From Chrysemys picta bellii (Eukaryota): a stretch of 64,000 bases of DNA. Under the pieces are notes generated by a model. It saw only the letters and a program-made list of their open reading frames with translations, was not told the origin of the DNA and did no database searches. This document shows, in pieces, positions 1-13,401 of this stretch. Location: the NCBI RefSeq assembly GCF_011386835.1, contig NC_088792.1, positions 229,896,001 to 229,960,000 of the forward strand, in the 5' to 3' direction. Position 1 is the stretch's first letter. Every line of letters starts with the position of its first letter. The translations under genes were made by a program, and so were the position numbers.

Positions 1-69
1 ACAGAAATGGAAGCACGGAAAATCAGTGACTAATTTTGAAGATCTGGACCTTAACCTCTTCGCTACTTA

Positions 70-352
70 GGCTATGTCTACACTAGCACTTTTGTCAGTC
101 AGGGGTGTGAAAAAACCACACCCTTGACCGACATAAGTTTCATCAACAAAAGCACCAGTGTGGACAGTGCTATGTTGGTGGGAGATGCTCTCCCTCCAAC
201 ATAGATACCGCCACTCGTTGGAGGGCACTTTAATTATGCCAATGGGAGAGCTCTCTCCCATCAGCATAGAGCGGCTACATGGGAGAACTTACAGCAGCAC
301 AGTTGCAGCAGTACAGCTGTGCCGCTGTAAGGTCTGTAGTGTAGATATAGCC
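70..352. mobile_element. PIF/Harbinger-type MITE
   Basis: TIRs GGCTATGTCTACACT ... AGTGTAGATATAGCC; flanked by TTA (67-69) and TCA (353-355), consistent with a 3-bp TWA TSD with one mismatch. Confidence 0.75.
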
Positions 353-475
353 TCAGTTTCCTCATCTTTAAAATTAAGGTAATTGCTGTCTAGCCTCAGA
401 GAGGTGTTATGAGGCTGAACTCATTAATGTTTGCAATTATGTTAAGATCCTCAGATGAAGCTGCTACAGAGGTAT
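353..475 (+). mobile_element. MIR/CORE-SINE remnant interrupted by the upstream MITE
   Basis: TCAGTTTCCTCATCTTTAAAAT...GTGTTATGAGGCTGAA resembles the MIR core and tail; CTTAACCTCT before the MITE matches the upstream part of the core. Confidence 0.5.
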
Positions 476-1344
476 TCTCAAATAACAAATTCTTCCTAGA
501 TGAAGAAACATAGGCAAGACACATGCTACTTCTTGCTGAGACTGACTGTTGAAATGAAATCCTGAAGATTGCATGGCATATGGAAATGTTATGCCTTTGC
601 AAAACTGACACATTCTTAGAGTGTTCTTTAAATGGATGCTCACTAATTCTTCGTTAGCCTGCTGCTTCCTATGCATTAAGGGATGAAAAGGGCTAAAGAT
701 TTTCCCATGTAGCCTGGGAACCACGAGGTCAGCCCTACTGAATGGAGTTATTGATAGAGTTAGAGTTCTAATTTATGTTGTGTGTTTTAACTAATAAGAC
801 TGCTCCTGCTTTAATTAGTGTTCTAGGATTAGGAGGTTATTCTTTTAAGTGAAGGAACTGAACTCACCTGCTGAGAGACAATCTAGAGCATTTCAATAAA
901 ACATTCATGGCTTCATGCCTCCTCTGTTGCACTTAAATCTATGTTAACTGTTTCCAAAAGCTAAGCAGCCAGGCCTATGCTCTACAGTGATCAATAGTCC
1001 CATGGTTAGATATTAGAGTATTGCGCTCAGTAGGATAAATGTTCAATCTTTGGTAGATTTAGTGGTGGGTGAAAATGACAGATGGAACGTAAGTCTTTTG
1101 TTCAAAAGCTTTGTTCTCGAGACTCTTTGGTATAAAGAATTTCTCTGTGATATTTCTCTCTCTTTTTAAGAAACAGGAAGCACCAAGCATTATGCTTTGT
1201 TCCCCTTAGGAAAGCCACTCTTGTTTTCCCAGGATAATTTATTAAGAAAGAGATTAGGTCAACTTAAAATAAAACAAGGCTCCACTCACTAACATTATTC
1301 TGAACCGTCAAAGTTGCCACTGTCTGAATAAAACAACTGAAATA

Positions 1345-2465
1345 TGTGACAAATGACCAAAATATGGATGTGACCCACAGACCTCTTGGTGCCAATAACA
1401 GAGGGCACAGGGTATTAGATCCTCTGGATTGGATATACACCTAGTAGTTCACCAGAGGGTGGCATGTGAGGTCTCTACTGAGAACTAGGAGCCTACTGGT
1501 CATCAGAATCCTTGTGAAATGCATGTATGGATAATATTAAAGAAGTTAAGAATCTATACTAAAAATTGCATTCTTAATTAACTGGAGTTAAAGCAGGTCA
1601 CCAGGAGGTGACATGCCTCTGACAGGTTCCTTTCAGGCAGGAGTTAACAAATGCTTACCTCCCTGTCTGATTGTGTGTGTGTTGTCTGCCTTACAATGGA
1701 GGCCTATTTGCTGGCTGAGCCAGGTACCAGTCAAAAGGTTGCAAAATCTACATAGAAGAAAATCTACACAAAGAAACAAAACAACAGAGGCACGTCCTTT
1801 TATGAATGAAGACAAAGGATGGGACTTGTATATCTTGGGAGGCAAAGGAACACACTGGATCCTTCCCCGAGGAGGCAAGCTAACAGCATGTTTGTCTTAG
1901 CAAAGGAGGGTCATAGCCAGCCTGGCTGTAAAATGCTGTAAGGATGAGCAACATTCTACAAGACCTGAGAGTATCTTAATTAAGTCTGGGCTCTAGAAAG
2001 CATGTTATGATTTTGTTTTACATTTAAACTATTTGTTTCCAATGCTTCTACTTGCTATTACTCGAATCTCTATGCTTTGTTAAATAAACATATACTGATT
2101 TCGCTATAAATATATCTAAGTGTCGTGTGTGTTAAGCAAAGCAGCAATCTAAGATGAAACTGGTAAGCAGAGGTGTACTGTTTCTTTTGGATGCAGCAAA
2201 TCTGTGAATATTGTGAGTGTCCAGTGGACTGGGTTTGGACACTTGAGGGAGATGCTTGGAGGGCCCAGAGATTGGAGTCTGCCTATTGTTAATCTGTAGA
2301 AAAACAGCAGGGCCTCTATAGGCCTAGAGGGCAGTGCTTGTGTTGCCCATGGCTGGCAGAGTTGGGGAGCTGACCCCCCGTCAAGCACAGATGGGGCTTC
2401 CTCATGATAAGGGCAGGTGGCAGTGATGTGCCTCGTAACCCTGGGGACCCCTGGAAAGCCTCACA
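1345..2465 (+). mobile_element. Solo LTR (Gypsy/ERV-like)
   Basis: TGTGAC...TCACA termini, ~1.1 kb, AATAAA at 2083-2088, no internal coding sequence; no matching TSD seen. Confidence 0.65.
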
Positions 2466-3469
2466 ATGGAGCACCTGTGTTTTGTTGCACATCACACCAT
2501 AACTCACATAATGGCTTTTAACTATTAAAACTGTTTTAAGGGATGTTTTCTCACTCTGTAGATTAAATAAACCAGTTGTTTAAAAGGAAAACCGGAAAAA
2601 GCGAAAATTCCATCATGTGCAACCACCTGAAGCCATGGTCACTAGTAAGGGGTGTGAAACACACAGACATATGAAAAACAGTCAATGTGGAAGAGGTGAG
2701 CTAGGGACCCATCGCCTACCGGTTCCCATTACACTGCACCCTCCCCTTTAGATTGCCTGGCCTAGCAGTATTGTGGGAAAGGAAGGCTAAACAACACAAA
2801 AGGTGCAACTTAAAGCAAAATCTGGAACACTCAGGAAGTATGCACACTAATCCAAGTTCTGGCCTTAAGTATTCCTAACTTTATACCTATGCAATCCTCA
2901 CTGAGGTTTCATGGCTGTATCTCATGGTAGAATTTTACCCCAAAGGCTCTGAAGAATATACAGGACTTCAGATTCACAGAAAGGGTTCCTACTTACTGCA
3001 GTGGGTGTGACACTAGTGCTTGAATTAGGTAGGTGGAATATATAGATGGTTATGTAACTTCCATACTTCTCACTGCTACCATTTGAACATTGGTGGGGAA
3101 ATATTGGCACATGATATTTTTTAGGAAGTGGCATATATTATCACTTACTTTTCATTTTATTGGAACAATACATTTATGATGCATTTTCAGGCCAATCTCC
3201 AGATATTTTATTTTCAAAGACCACCATTTTTATAAGGTGAACTGTATTATTTTTATTGGGAGGGAGTTTTTAATTTTGTTTTATGAAACAGTATTAATAC
3301 ACATGGATGTGGAGAGAGGGGATTGAAATTTTATAGGTGAGTGGTTTTGCAAGCAGTTTGTATTTAGTAAGATACTCACAGAAGTGGTAGAATGACCCCA
3401 TCGCAGCTATCTACAGACCGAATAGGTGTCAAAGGCCTTTACAAACATTAATAAATTAACCCTCCATCC

Positions 3470-3610
3470 TCTGTGAGGTAGACACATGTTGTGATTCCCA
3501 TTTTATTGATGAGGACTCTGAAGCACAGTGTGGTTAAGCAACTTGCAGACGGTCACAAGGAAATTGCTAGCAAAGCTAGGTATAGGATCCAGGACTCTTC
3601 ATTTCCAGTC
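3470..3610 (-). mobile_element. MIR/CORE-SINE remnant
   Basis: CCCATTTTATTGATGAGGACTCTGAAGCACAG...GGTTAAGCAACTTGC is the reverse of the MIR core. Confidence 0.5.
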
Positions 3611-6600
3611 CTGTACCACACATCTGTACATCCATCCATCCATCCAACTGACCCTGCCTAGATTATAATTGGCAATTGAAGGTTTTAAGAAACAGAATAT
3701 ACAGATATAAGTGCTGTTAAGATTCAGACAGAGCTTTACAGGATGAAGCCATCATACAGTGGAAGCTTGCGTTGCTGTTGAGTAGCCCCTATTGGCCAGT
3801 TACACTATAGTATTAAACTCCAGAGCATAATGAACCCTTTAAGCAGCTGTTGACATAGGTAAGGAAGATTGGGGACCATAGCAGGCAAAACTGGTAACCT
3901 AGAGTGAATTTTCCAGCAGACATCCTACCAACCTACAGAGAATGTGGTATAAACTCTATAAATGCCACTTTGGAAATGTGAGAGCCTCCTATGCTGGATC
4001 AATGGACATGGGAGGTGGGGAGGCAGCACATGAAAACAATAAAAGAAGGGGCAATAGGTTCTTAACTCCACAAGCAAATGAGCAATCTAGCCACAGCAGA
4101 CGGTGAGTGTTTTCCCTCAGGAAAAGTGGAAGACAGGCTGCATTCCGCAAATAAACATGTTATTAGTATAGATCTTGCACTTACTATGATTTATTGGTGT
4201 CCTGTTTACCACGTGCATATTGTTACATTTTTCAAATTACTTCTTGGGAAAAAAAAGTGAGAAGAGTGGTTAATAGATTCTATATACATACCTCATGGAT
4301 AGGTTTGTAAATTCTCAATCCCATCAATACCTTTTACATGTGCAGATATAAATTCAGATCTCTCACATTTGAGCAAAGAGAAATACCAACTAACCACCAC
4401 TAATCCAAAATTGACCTAATAGAATTTTGCAGTTTGCCTGTTGTCAAGAAATAAACATATAAATTATGTTTTTTGCAAGCAGGGCCTCACGAAAGTCCAT
4501 AGTGCCAGCAGTTTCCTGTTCAAGATCTGACATATCTTATCACTAGCACCTTCACAGTGATTGAAATTAAAGAAATCTTTTATTAAATCACTAAAGAGTA
4601 TGTGACTCTAGTTTCAGTATGTCTGTCTGAAATAATGCCAGCGTTATATCCTGCCCATGTGATCTCCGCTTTATTACGGGGAGCAAAGTGTCCAATTTTC
4701 AAGTTCTGCGCTCTTAACAGTACCACAGGATTGTAACTCAGACTGTTTTTACACACTGGCCTCTCATGACAGAGTCTTAAAGAGAAAGGAATTGTGTTCC
4801 TGCCACCTCAGTACTCTGGGTTGCATGCTCTAAAGTGAGCCATTAAATAGAACTTTGAATATTTATAGACATGTGGTATACAAGTCATCAATAACAATAG
4901 TGGGCTTTACTTTATTGGGCCATTCATTCACACCGTGTTTTTAAAGCTTTTTCAGGTAATTCCGTGTTTGCAAATAGCAGAGACGTAGAAAAATTTACTA
5001 ATACTGTACCAAGGAAAACATGAGGAATTGTGAAGACAGTTTAATCAGAGAAGGGTAATGGTGTAAAATACAGTTTATGAGTTTTAATTTCAGTAAACGC
5101 AAACCTGTGTCTATGGAACAAAAATCAATCAAGAGGCAGAATATGACTGAGTGGTAATTTACTAAAGGAAATTCAGAAGGAAAAGATCCTAGAGGTAACA
5201 GAAAACAGGTGCCCAGTTTTCAATGGCAAGAGAAAAAAAGAAGACAAATATAGTCCCAAGAAATTACTTGAAAATCTAAGAAAATTACAGTAAGTCCCTT
5301 TAAGAAGGCCACTCGTGAAGTAATTTGTTCAGTGCACTGACCCTGAAGACAGACATTCAGGTTTAAAAGCAAGTATATCAAAGGGCAATGAGGCTCATTT
5401 AGGGAGCAAGGATTTCAGCAGTGGAATAGGTTTGGTTCTGAGATAAGGTATCTAAGTGTGTGCAGTGCATCATTATAGTATTTCAAAATCAAAAGGAGGT
5501 CAAATAAGCATCTAAGAGACGCTGCATTTGACTCATCAGGAAGAGGTTGTCACGAGCAACATTTTTTAAATTGCTTTCTAATTTTGGGTGCCTCAGTAGG
5601 AAATGTGATCACTCAGCATCTTTGAAAATCATTCCCAAGCTGTCTAAAAACAGGCAGCCAAAATTAGAAAGCACTTGAAAATTTTGGCATACACGTGGCC
5701 ATAATTGGAAATTGATGAGAGACAGGTTTAGGGTAAACATCAGGAGGGTTTTTTAGCTCAAGCTGACACAAAAACAATGTGCAATAAGTGAATGATAAAG
5801 ACTCACTAATCACCCTATTATATAGAGCATATGGGCATATCTCCCGTAAGTCAAAAGTGAAAAGACACAAAGGGAGATGGCAAACCTAAGGAAGACAAAT
5901 ATTCTGCGAATGTATCTCTTTTACATGCAAGGCAAAGCGAAGAACAATATTGTTAAATATTTACTTATCACCCACTAGCTTACTAATCATTGTTGCATCA
6001 AATACAGCTGACAATATAGAGTGTGGGCAGGGATATTCTTTACCAGTAAAATGTCAGGAGTGAGCCTCATAGGTGAAAAATGCTGTAAGAAAAAGTGACT
6101 CAGCTGTATTAGGAGCAGTCAAATACCCAAACATGGGCTGGCATTCCAGAAAATACTTACATTCTCTTGCCTTTTTGTTAATTTCCTTCATCCGATTCCC
6201 AATGTTGCCTTGTAGTGAAACATCCCAGAATTTGTATTTATATAGCACCAACACTGTGCTAGCTCTTGCCATGCACTAAGTTCTTGCTCCAACATGAACT
6301 AAGTGACAGCAGACCGTCAGCTGATCAGAGCTCAAGCAGGCACTTTAAAACTGACAGTAGAAAAAAGTGCATTAACTTTTATTCAACACTGAGTGTGGAT
6401 TTCTATAGACCATCTAAGGGGCAGTTCCACCATGGTAGCACCCAGATCTTCCATTTTTGAAGAGCAGGTGCTGATGTCAAGTCCAGGCTGCTGCTCACAG
6501 CCGGATCATCAAGCAGCATTAGGATGGATTCTGACCTCTGAAGTCACTGAGACAAGTTTGAATGTCCAAACTTCATTGAAAAAAAAAGAGTTCTGGATAA

Positions 6601-6899
6601 TATATGGCAAAACAAATGATACGTATATAGGGAGAAAAATGAGTTTTGTATTTATAGCACAAGACAGCAAGTCAGAAGAACAGAATCTATTACTCATTGG
6701 CTGCAACACAACCTCCTGCATGACTCTGGGCAAGTCACTTGGGTGGGAAAATTTAGACCCAATTTTGGGTGCCTCAGTTTTTGGATACCCAAACTTGAGG
6801 CGTCTAGGGCATGTTTGTCAGAAGGGGTGAGTATTCGCCACTCCCAGTGAGGTCAACTGGACTTGTGAAAAATCTTACTTCACATTTTCATAACACTTT

Positions 6900-7080
6900 T
6901 ATATGTTCAAAGCACTGTTCAGATAATAACTAAGTGATGCTCACACACCTTTGTGAGAGGGGCTGAAAATATTTTTATTCCCATTTTATAGAAGGGAAAT
7001 GAGACAAAAGGTGAAGGGATGTGCTCAAGACCACAGAGTGAATCAGGAAAGAGCCAGGGTTAGAACCCAGGACCTCCTAG
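6900..7080 (-). mobile_element. MIR/CORE-SINE remnant
   Basis: CCCATTTTATAGAAGGGAAATGAGACA...GGGTTAGAACCCAGG is a reverse MIR-like core and head. Confidence 0.5.
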
Positions 7081-7081
7081 G

Positions 7082-9960
7082 AGTCTCGGTAACAAACAGG
7101 AGGAAAATTTAATCTAGTTGGTATTACTGAAACCAATGGTTATACTGAAATCAATTATTATAACCTATTTAGGAAAAAAGTTGACAAACAGGGAGGGGGA
7201 GTATGTCAAAAATGGCATTACCTTTTCCAAGTCACTGAAAACTCAAAAAAAAGTGATCTTGAATGCTTATAAATCAATGTTTTAACAGATAAAGCGCAAG
7301 ATGGGGTATTAATTACTGTCTGCAACAGACCGCCAAATCACACTAGGGAACAGAATGACAGGCTCCTTACACACCTATATATAATGGGTAGGAAAAAAGC
7401 TCTATGATCATGGGGAACTTCAGTACAAGCGACATATGCTAGAGGTCTCATGCTGCCAGTACTGAAACATCTTGGAAATTCTAAATGTTATAGATGACAA
7501 TTTCTTAACTCAAGAAGTGTTGCATCCAACATGGGAGAATTCTATTTTAGGCCTTGTCTTGACAGATAAAGAGGAATTGATCGCAGAAGTAAAAATTAAT
7601 GGTAGCTTAGGTACATGTGATCATGACTTGATCACACTTATAACGAGCAATCAGAAGGAAGTTCAGACCAGTAATATATCCACTTGGTGCTTTTAAAAGG
7701 CCAGTTTCACAAAGCTGAAAACAATTATAAGCCAAATCATCTAGGAAGAATTTAATCAGAAAAATGTGAATGATAATTAGGAATTGTTTAAGAACACTTT
7801 ATTAGAGACCATAATCCCACAATCGAGGAAGAAGGCTAAAAACACCCGACCTGGCTAGAGGAAAAGTGAAGGCAACTATAAAAAATATTAACAAATGGAA
7901 GAAAGAGGTGGTGGATAGTAATGAATATAAATCAGAAGCTAGGAATTGCAGAACACTAATAAGGGAAGCAAAGGGACACAAGGAGAAATCTATAGCTAGC
8001 AAAGTTAAGGACTATAAGGAGGATTTTTTAAGTATATTAGGAACAAAAAGAATCCTAACAATGGTATCGGCCCATCACTACATGGATATCATAGAATTAT
8101 CAGTAATAATGCAGAAAAGGCAGAAGTGTTTAATAAGTATTTCTGTTCAGTATTTGGGAAAACAGATGTAGTCTTTTCATATGATAACACACTTCACGTT
8201 TCATTAGTATATCAGGAGGATGTTAAACAGCAGTTACTAAAGTTAGGCATTTCTAAAATCAGCAGGTCTGGATAACTTACATCCAAGAGTTTTAAAAGAA
8301 CTGGCTGAGGAACATGCTGGACTGTTAATGGGATGTTCCAGAAGACTGCAAGAAAGCTAATGTTGTGTCAACATTTAAAAAGAGTAAATGGGATCACCTG
8401 AGTAATTATAGACCTGTCAGTCTGTCTTTGATCCGGAGCAAGTTGATGGAGTGGCTGATATAGGACTTGATTAATAGAGAATTAAAGAAGGGTGATATAA
8501 TTAATGCCAATCAACATGGGTTTATGCAAAATAGAGCCTGAAAAACTAATTTGATATCTCATTTCTTAAATGAGATTAAAAATGTAGGTGATAAAAGGTA
8601 ATAGTGCTGATATAATGTGCTTAGACTTGTGTAAGGCTTTTGACTTGGTACCACACCTTTTGATTAAAAAAAACCCAAGAAAGATATAACATTATCATGG
8701 CACACATTACATGGAGTAAAAGCTGGCTAACTGATATGTCTCATAATTAGAAAGATAAGGCGGGTGAAGTAATATATTTTATTGGACCAACTTTTGTTGG
8801 TGAAAGAGACAAGCTCTTTTGTTGAAGCTTGTCTCTTTCACCAACAGAAGTTGATCCAACAAAAGATATTACCTCACTCACCTTGTCTCTCTAATATCCT
8901 GGGACCAACATGGCTACAATTACACTGCAAACAATGGAAGTTCTCAAAATGTAATTGTAAATGGGGACTCATCAAATACATGTGTTTCTAATAGATTCCC
9001 ACAAGCAGCTGTTCTTGGTCCTGAGCTATTTAATATTTTTATCAATGATCTGGAAGAAAACATAAAATCATCACTGATAAAGTTTTCAGAGGACACAAAA
9101 ATCAGGAGAGTGGCAAATAATGAAGCTGACAGGTCACTGACAGAGAGATTTGGATTGCTTGGTAAGCTGAGTACAAGCAAATAATGTGTTTTATTTATGG
9201 CTAAATGTAAGTGTGTATATCTAGGAACAGAGAATGTAGGCCATACTTACAGGATGGGGGACTCTATCCTGGGAAGCAGTGACTCTGAAAAAGATTTGGG
9301 AGTCATGGTAGGTAATCAGCTGAACATGAGCTCCCAGCGGGGCATGGTGGCCAAAAGGCCTAATGCGATCCTTGGATGCATTAACAGGGGAATCGCGACT
9401 AGGAGTAGAGAGGTTATTTTACCTCTGTATTTGGCACTGGTGCAACAGCTGCTGGCATTCTGTGTCCGATTCTGGTGCCCACAATTCAAGAAGGATATTG
9501 ATTAATTGGAGAGGGTTCAGAGAAGAGCTATGAAAATGATTAAAGGATTAGAAGACATCCCTTATAGACTCAAAGAATTCAATCTATTTAGCTTACAGAA
9601 AAGGTTAAGAGGTGACTCAATTATAGTCTATAAGTACCTACCTGGGGAACAAATATTTGATAATTGGCCCTTCAATCTATCAGAGAAAGGTATAACACAA
9701 TCTAATAGCTGGAAGTTGCTGCTAGACAAATTCAGATGGCAAATATAGCATACATTTTTTAACAGTGAGTGTAATTAACCATTGGAACAATTTACCAAAG
9801 GTCGTGATGGTTATCACTGACAATGTTTAAATCAAGCTTGAATATTTTTTCAAAAGACATGTTCTAGGAATTACTTTGGGGATGTTCTATGGCTTGTGTT
9901 ATACAGGGGAGTCAGACTAGATGTTCACAACAGTCCTCTCTAGCCTTGGAATCTATGAAT
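7082..9960 (+). mobile_element. CR1 LINE, 5'-truncated, degraded ORF2 (APE endonuclease + RT) and 3' UTR
   Basis: Fragments SLGNKQEE; DNFLTQEVLHPT...LGLVLT...GSLGTCDHDLI (endonuclease); NAILGCINRGI...REVILPLYLALV...FWCPQFKKD and ERVQRRAMKMIKGLE (CR1 RT C-terminus); ends GCCTTGGAATCTATGAAT. Many stops and frameshifts. Confidence 0.92.
8748..8941. mobile_element. Mini Penelope-derived hairpin insertion nested in CR1 RT
   Basis: Inverted arms 8748-8815 and 8826-8893; sequence matches the termini of the Penelope at 32562-33512; flanked by TCTCATAAT (8739-8747) and TCTCAAAAT (8942-8950). Confidence 0.8.
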
Positions 9961-12524
9961 GACTCTTCTGACTCCCTATACTATGCTCATTCCTCCAGTA
10001 AGCTGGGAAACTGAAGTACAAGTCCACCCAATTTAGGCTAAATCAATTTTCAACTTTATTTATAAATGTTTAGACAGAATCATTGTCATTTATAGTTTCT
10101 GATCATATACATATGACAGGCAATAAGACAGATAAGTTGGAACAAGTAGGGCCCAAGTTACCGAGTTCTGGGGTACCAGAAAGCACTCTACTTCGTGATG
10201 GTCATCTCAGTTTCTGGACCACTGTTCTCCAACTTTGACCCTTGTTCACTTGGGTTGTTTTTGTACATTAATATGTCCTGCTACACCATTCAGCCATTTT
10301 TTAAATATTATAGTTCAGTACATGTGTATCATCCTAAATTATTTAATATAACCTTTATTTTCCTTTTGAATAAAAAGGTTATTAAAAACACCATTACCTA
10401 ATGTCAGCATATTCTTATCTTTTCCAGACATGGGTTTTCAGGGAACTTTTTGCTCAAAGCTTACCTATATTACTAAATCATTCTTCAGTTACCCCACGAA
10501 AGCCTGGCCAGCAATTTTGCCTGCATTTCTAAAGGTGCTTATTCAGTTATGAGTTATTCAGGGCCCAGTTGTTTAATTGTTCCCCAATGCTCCAAACCAC
10601 ACTGCCTTTCAAAATGGGTCCCTAGGTATCTACAATTGGGTGTTTAGGAATCTAGGCACCCTAAATGACTGGACACTTCTGAAAATTTGAATCTCCATTT
10701 GTGTTTTCTCCTTATACTGGGATGTTGAAAGGAGAATATGAGAGAGAATGTTTGACTGTTGCCAGAGTAAAACCCTTTTTCACGTCAGGAATGGCTGTAA
10801 CTCAGTATAGCTGAGGAAAGCAAAGCGACAAATGAATTATGCATGGTCATCCCTATGGAATGAAAATAAGAAGTATATTATTACATTGCCTACCATTACA
10901 TATTATATTTAATGATACCATGGCCAAGAGGGGATTTCTCTACAGCAAATGTAGATGTAAAGTTTTTACTAATATGGTTGTAAGGATATTATAATTTATT
11001 GCATTTTTCCCATTGGTTAGGTTTAAATATATAAAAGAGAAATTAATGTACATGTTTCTGAAGGAGACAGACCCCGGGAAAATGCTTAGAAATAATCTGA
11101 AATGCGGCCACAGTATCTTTATTTTGTATCTAAGGCATCTTCCCAGTCAATGAACCTCTGTGAAAGATTAATGTAGTTTGAACTTTTATTGAGGAATATC
11201 ATTCGTGTACTGTCACATTTAGCACAAATGGTGCTTCAGTCACAGTTCAGTAATATTCCAGCATATTATTTCCAAGGCATTTGAGAGTTTAGAGAATTAT
11301 TGAAGGGCACACTGTACTCATTTGGTACTAAGGCAGAGTGCAGTTGCAGTCTCCATATGATTTCAGCAAATGGAATCATTGTTAATTTCATTGTACATAG
11401 CAAAATAATGGTGATAATAACCCAGGTGAAATATCCCACTGGAGAAAATAGATGGGCTATATAGTGCTCTATGAAATCTCCACTCAGAGTCCTAGGGGCA
11501 ATATGGGAATGAGAAGAATTAGACTTCATTCCTAGGCATTCTATGAAAAGCTAAACTATTTTGTTGTACAAACACACATGTCTCAGAATATCTTCATTTC
11601 CATTTTTTGAATGTGCTGCAGATGAAAAAATTCAAGTGCTACAAAAATCACTTGTCAGAAGGTAGGTTCAGATATTGCAACTTGGGGATCATTATTTGTA
11701 TTAAATACATCTCAGGCTGATTCTGAAAATAAAGACCAAAGCCAAGATTTGAAAGAGATGTTGTCTTTACACCAGTTGTGTGTTTACTCTGTCCTTATAC
11801 ATTGTAATAGAACTAGTCTAATTTTTAATTAAAATAAAACAAATGTAGTCCCTTTTCTAAATTGTTAAATCATTCCCAAATTGAGTCTGATTTCTGTGAA
11901 TGTGTTTGTTTTTTCCAAGTATTCACTGCATAGTTTAAGCAAACATATTTTAGCCTATTTACTATCTGTGGTGTGTGACTGGTCATCTAAATCACATGGG
12001 ATTGCTTCTGCTTTCTGATTGGATGACAATCCTTTTAAACAGGAGAATAATGACAAACAATGAGCAGTGACTAACAAATACTCTTATTTGTGCACAGTAC
12101 TTGTACTTGTATCATCTTGGTACTTGTATTGCTTTCATCACCATAGCATCTGAAAGCCTTTTTCACATGCAAATACAGGTATTCATATGACAACAATAGC
12201 CATTCTCCAAATTTTCATGCAAACTAAAGTGAGTTGGTCTCAATTAACAGGCCACAAATTCTGTTGAACCAAAAAGCCATTGAGAATTCAGATGAACCAA
12301 AAAGCCATTGACAATTCAGACTAATGTTTTCACCTACTGTTTTCACAATTGTGGACCAGACATTATCTACATGAATCAACCCCGCTGATGTCACTGATAA
12401 TTAGGGTAACATTTGGGCACAGCAATTTTAAAAAAAATTCACTGGAGGGCTATGGTAAGAGTCAAAAGTACTAAAAACACACACACTTTTAAAGAGTCCA
12501 AAGCTGCAGATATAGGTTTAAGAT

Positions 12525-13401
12525 ATAAGATACAACCGCATTTGCTCCAATCCCTTAGACAGAGACAAACACCTACAAGATCTCTATCAAGCAAGCATTC
12601 TTAAAATTACAACACCCACCTGGGGAAGTGAGGAAACAGATTGACAGAGCGAGACGGGTTCCCAGAAGTCACCTACTACAGGACAGGCCGAACAAGGAAA
12701 ATAACAGAACATCACTGGCCATCACATACAGCCCCCAGCTAAAACCTCTCCAGCACATCATCAACAATCTACAACCTATCCTGGAAAATGATCCCTCACT
12801 CTCACAGGCCTTGGGAGGCAGGCCAGTCCTTGCTTACAGACAGCTCCCCAACCTGAAGCAAATATTCACCAGCAACTACACACCACACCATAGAAACACT
12901 AACCCAGGAACCAATCCCTGTAACAAACCCGTTGCCTTCTCTGCCCCATATCTACTCTAGTGACACCATCATCGGACCCAAACACACCAGCCACACCATC
13001 AGAGGCTCATTCACCTGCACATCTACTCTGAGCTACAATACATTTGCAAATTTAACACCGTCAATTTGGGCTTGACTAGGGACTGAGGGTAGTTGGCTCA
13101 CTACAAAAGCAATTTTCCCTCTCTTGGTATTCACACCTCCTCATCAGTTATTGGGAGTGGGCCACATCCACCTTGACTAAATTGGACCTCGACATTGGTT
13201 CTCCATTTGTAAGGTAACTCCCTTCTCTTCATGTGTCAGTATATATTTATGCCTGTTTCTGTAATTTTCACTCCATGTATCTGAAGAAGTGGGTTTTTTA
13301 CCCACGAAAGCTTATGCCCAAATAAATCAGTTAGTCTTTAAGGTGCCACCGGACTCCTCATTGTTTTTGTGGATACAGACTAACACGGTACCCCTCTGAT
13401 A
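12525..13401 (+). mobile_element. Penelope-like element, 3' part (RT thumb/linker; GIY-YIG core deleted; terminal repeat)
   Basis: RYNRICSNPLDRDKHL; ORF 12628-12960 (LAITYSPQLKPLQHIINNLQPILENDPSL...PVLAYRQLPNLKQI); GSFTCTST is joined directly to ELQYICKFNT; turtle Penelope terminal repeat at the end. Confidence 0.9.
13277..13317 (+). ncRNA. Minimal type I hammerhead ribozyme motif in Penelope terminal repeat
   Basis: GTAT-CTGAAGA-A-GTGGG(ttttttA)CCCAC-GAAA-GC-TT|ATGC: core CUGANGA and GAAA, stem II, stem I GUAU/AUGC, palindromic AGCU in place of stem III. Confidence 0.6.

Noticed and set aside
6393-6830. 145-aa plus-strand ORF
   Set aside because: No recognisable domain or splice context; its 3' part runs through MIR-like and other short repeat sequence.
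12265-12320. 28-bp tandem duplication (two units, one mismatch) superficially like a CRISPR repeat
   Set aside because: Only two adjacent units with no spacer, in vertebrate DNA; an ordinary slippage duplication.
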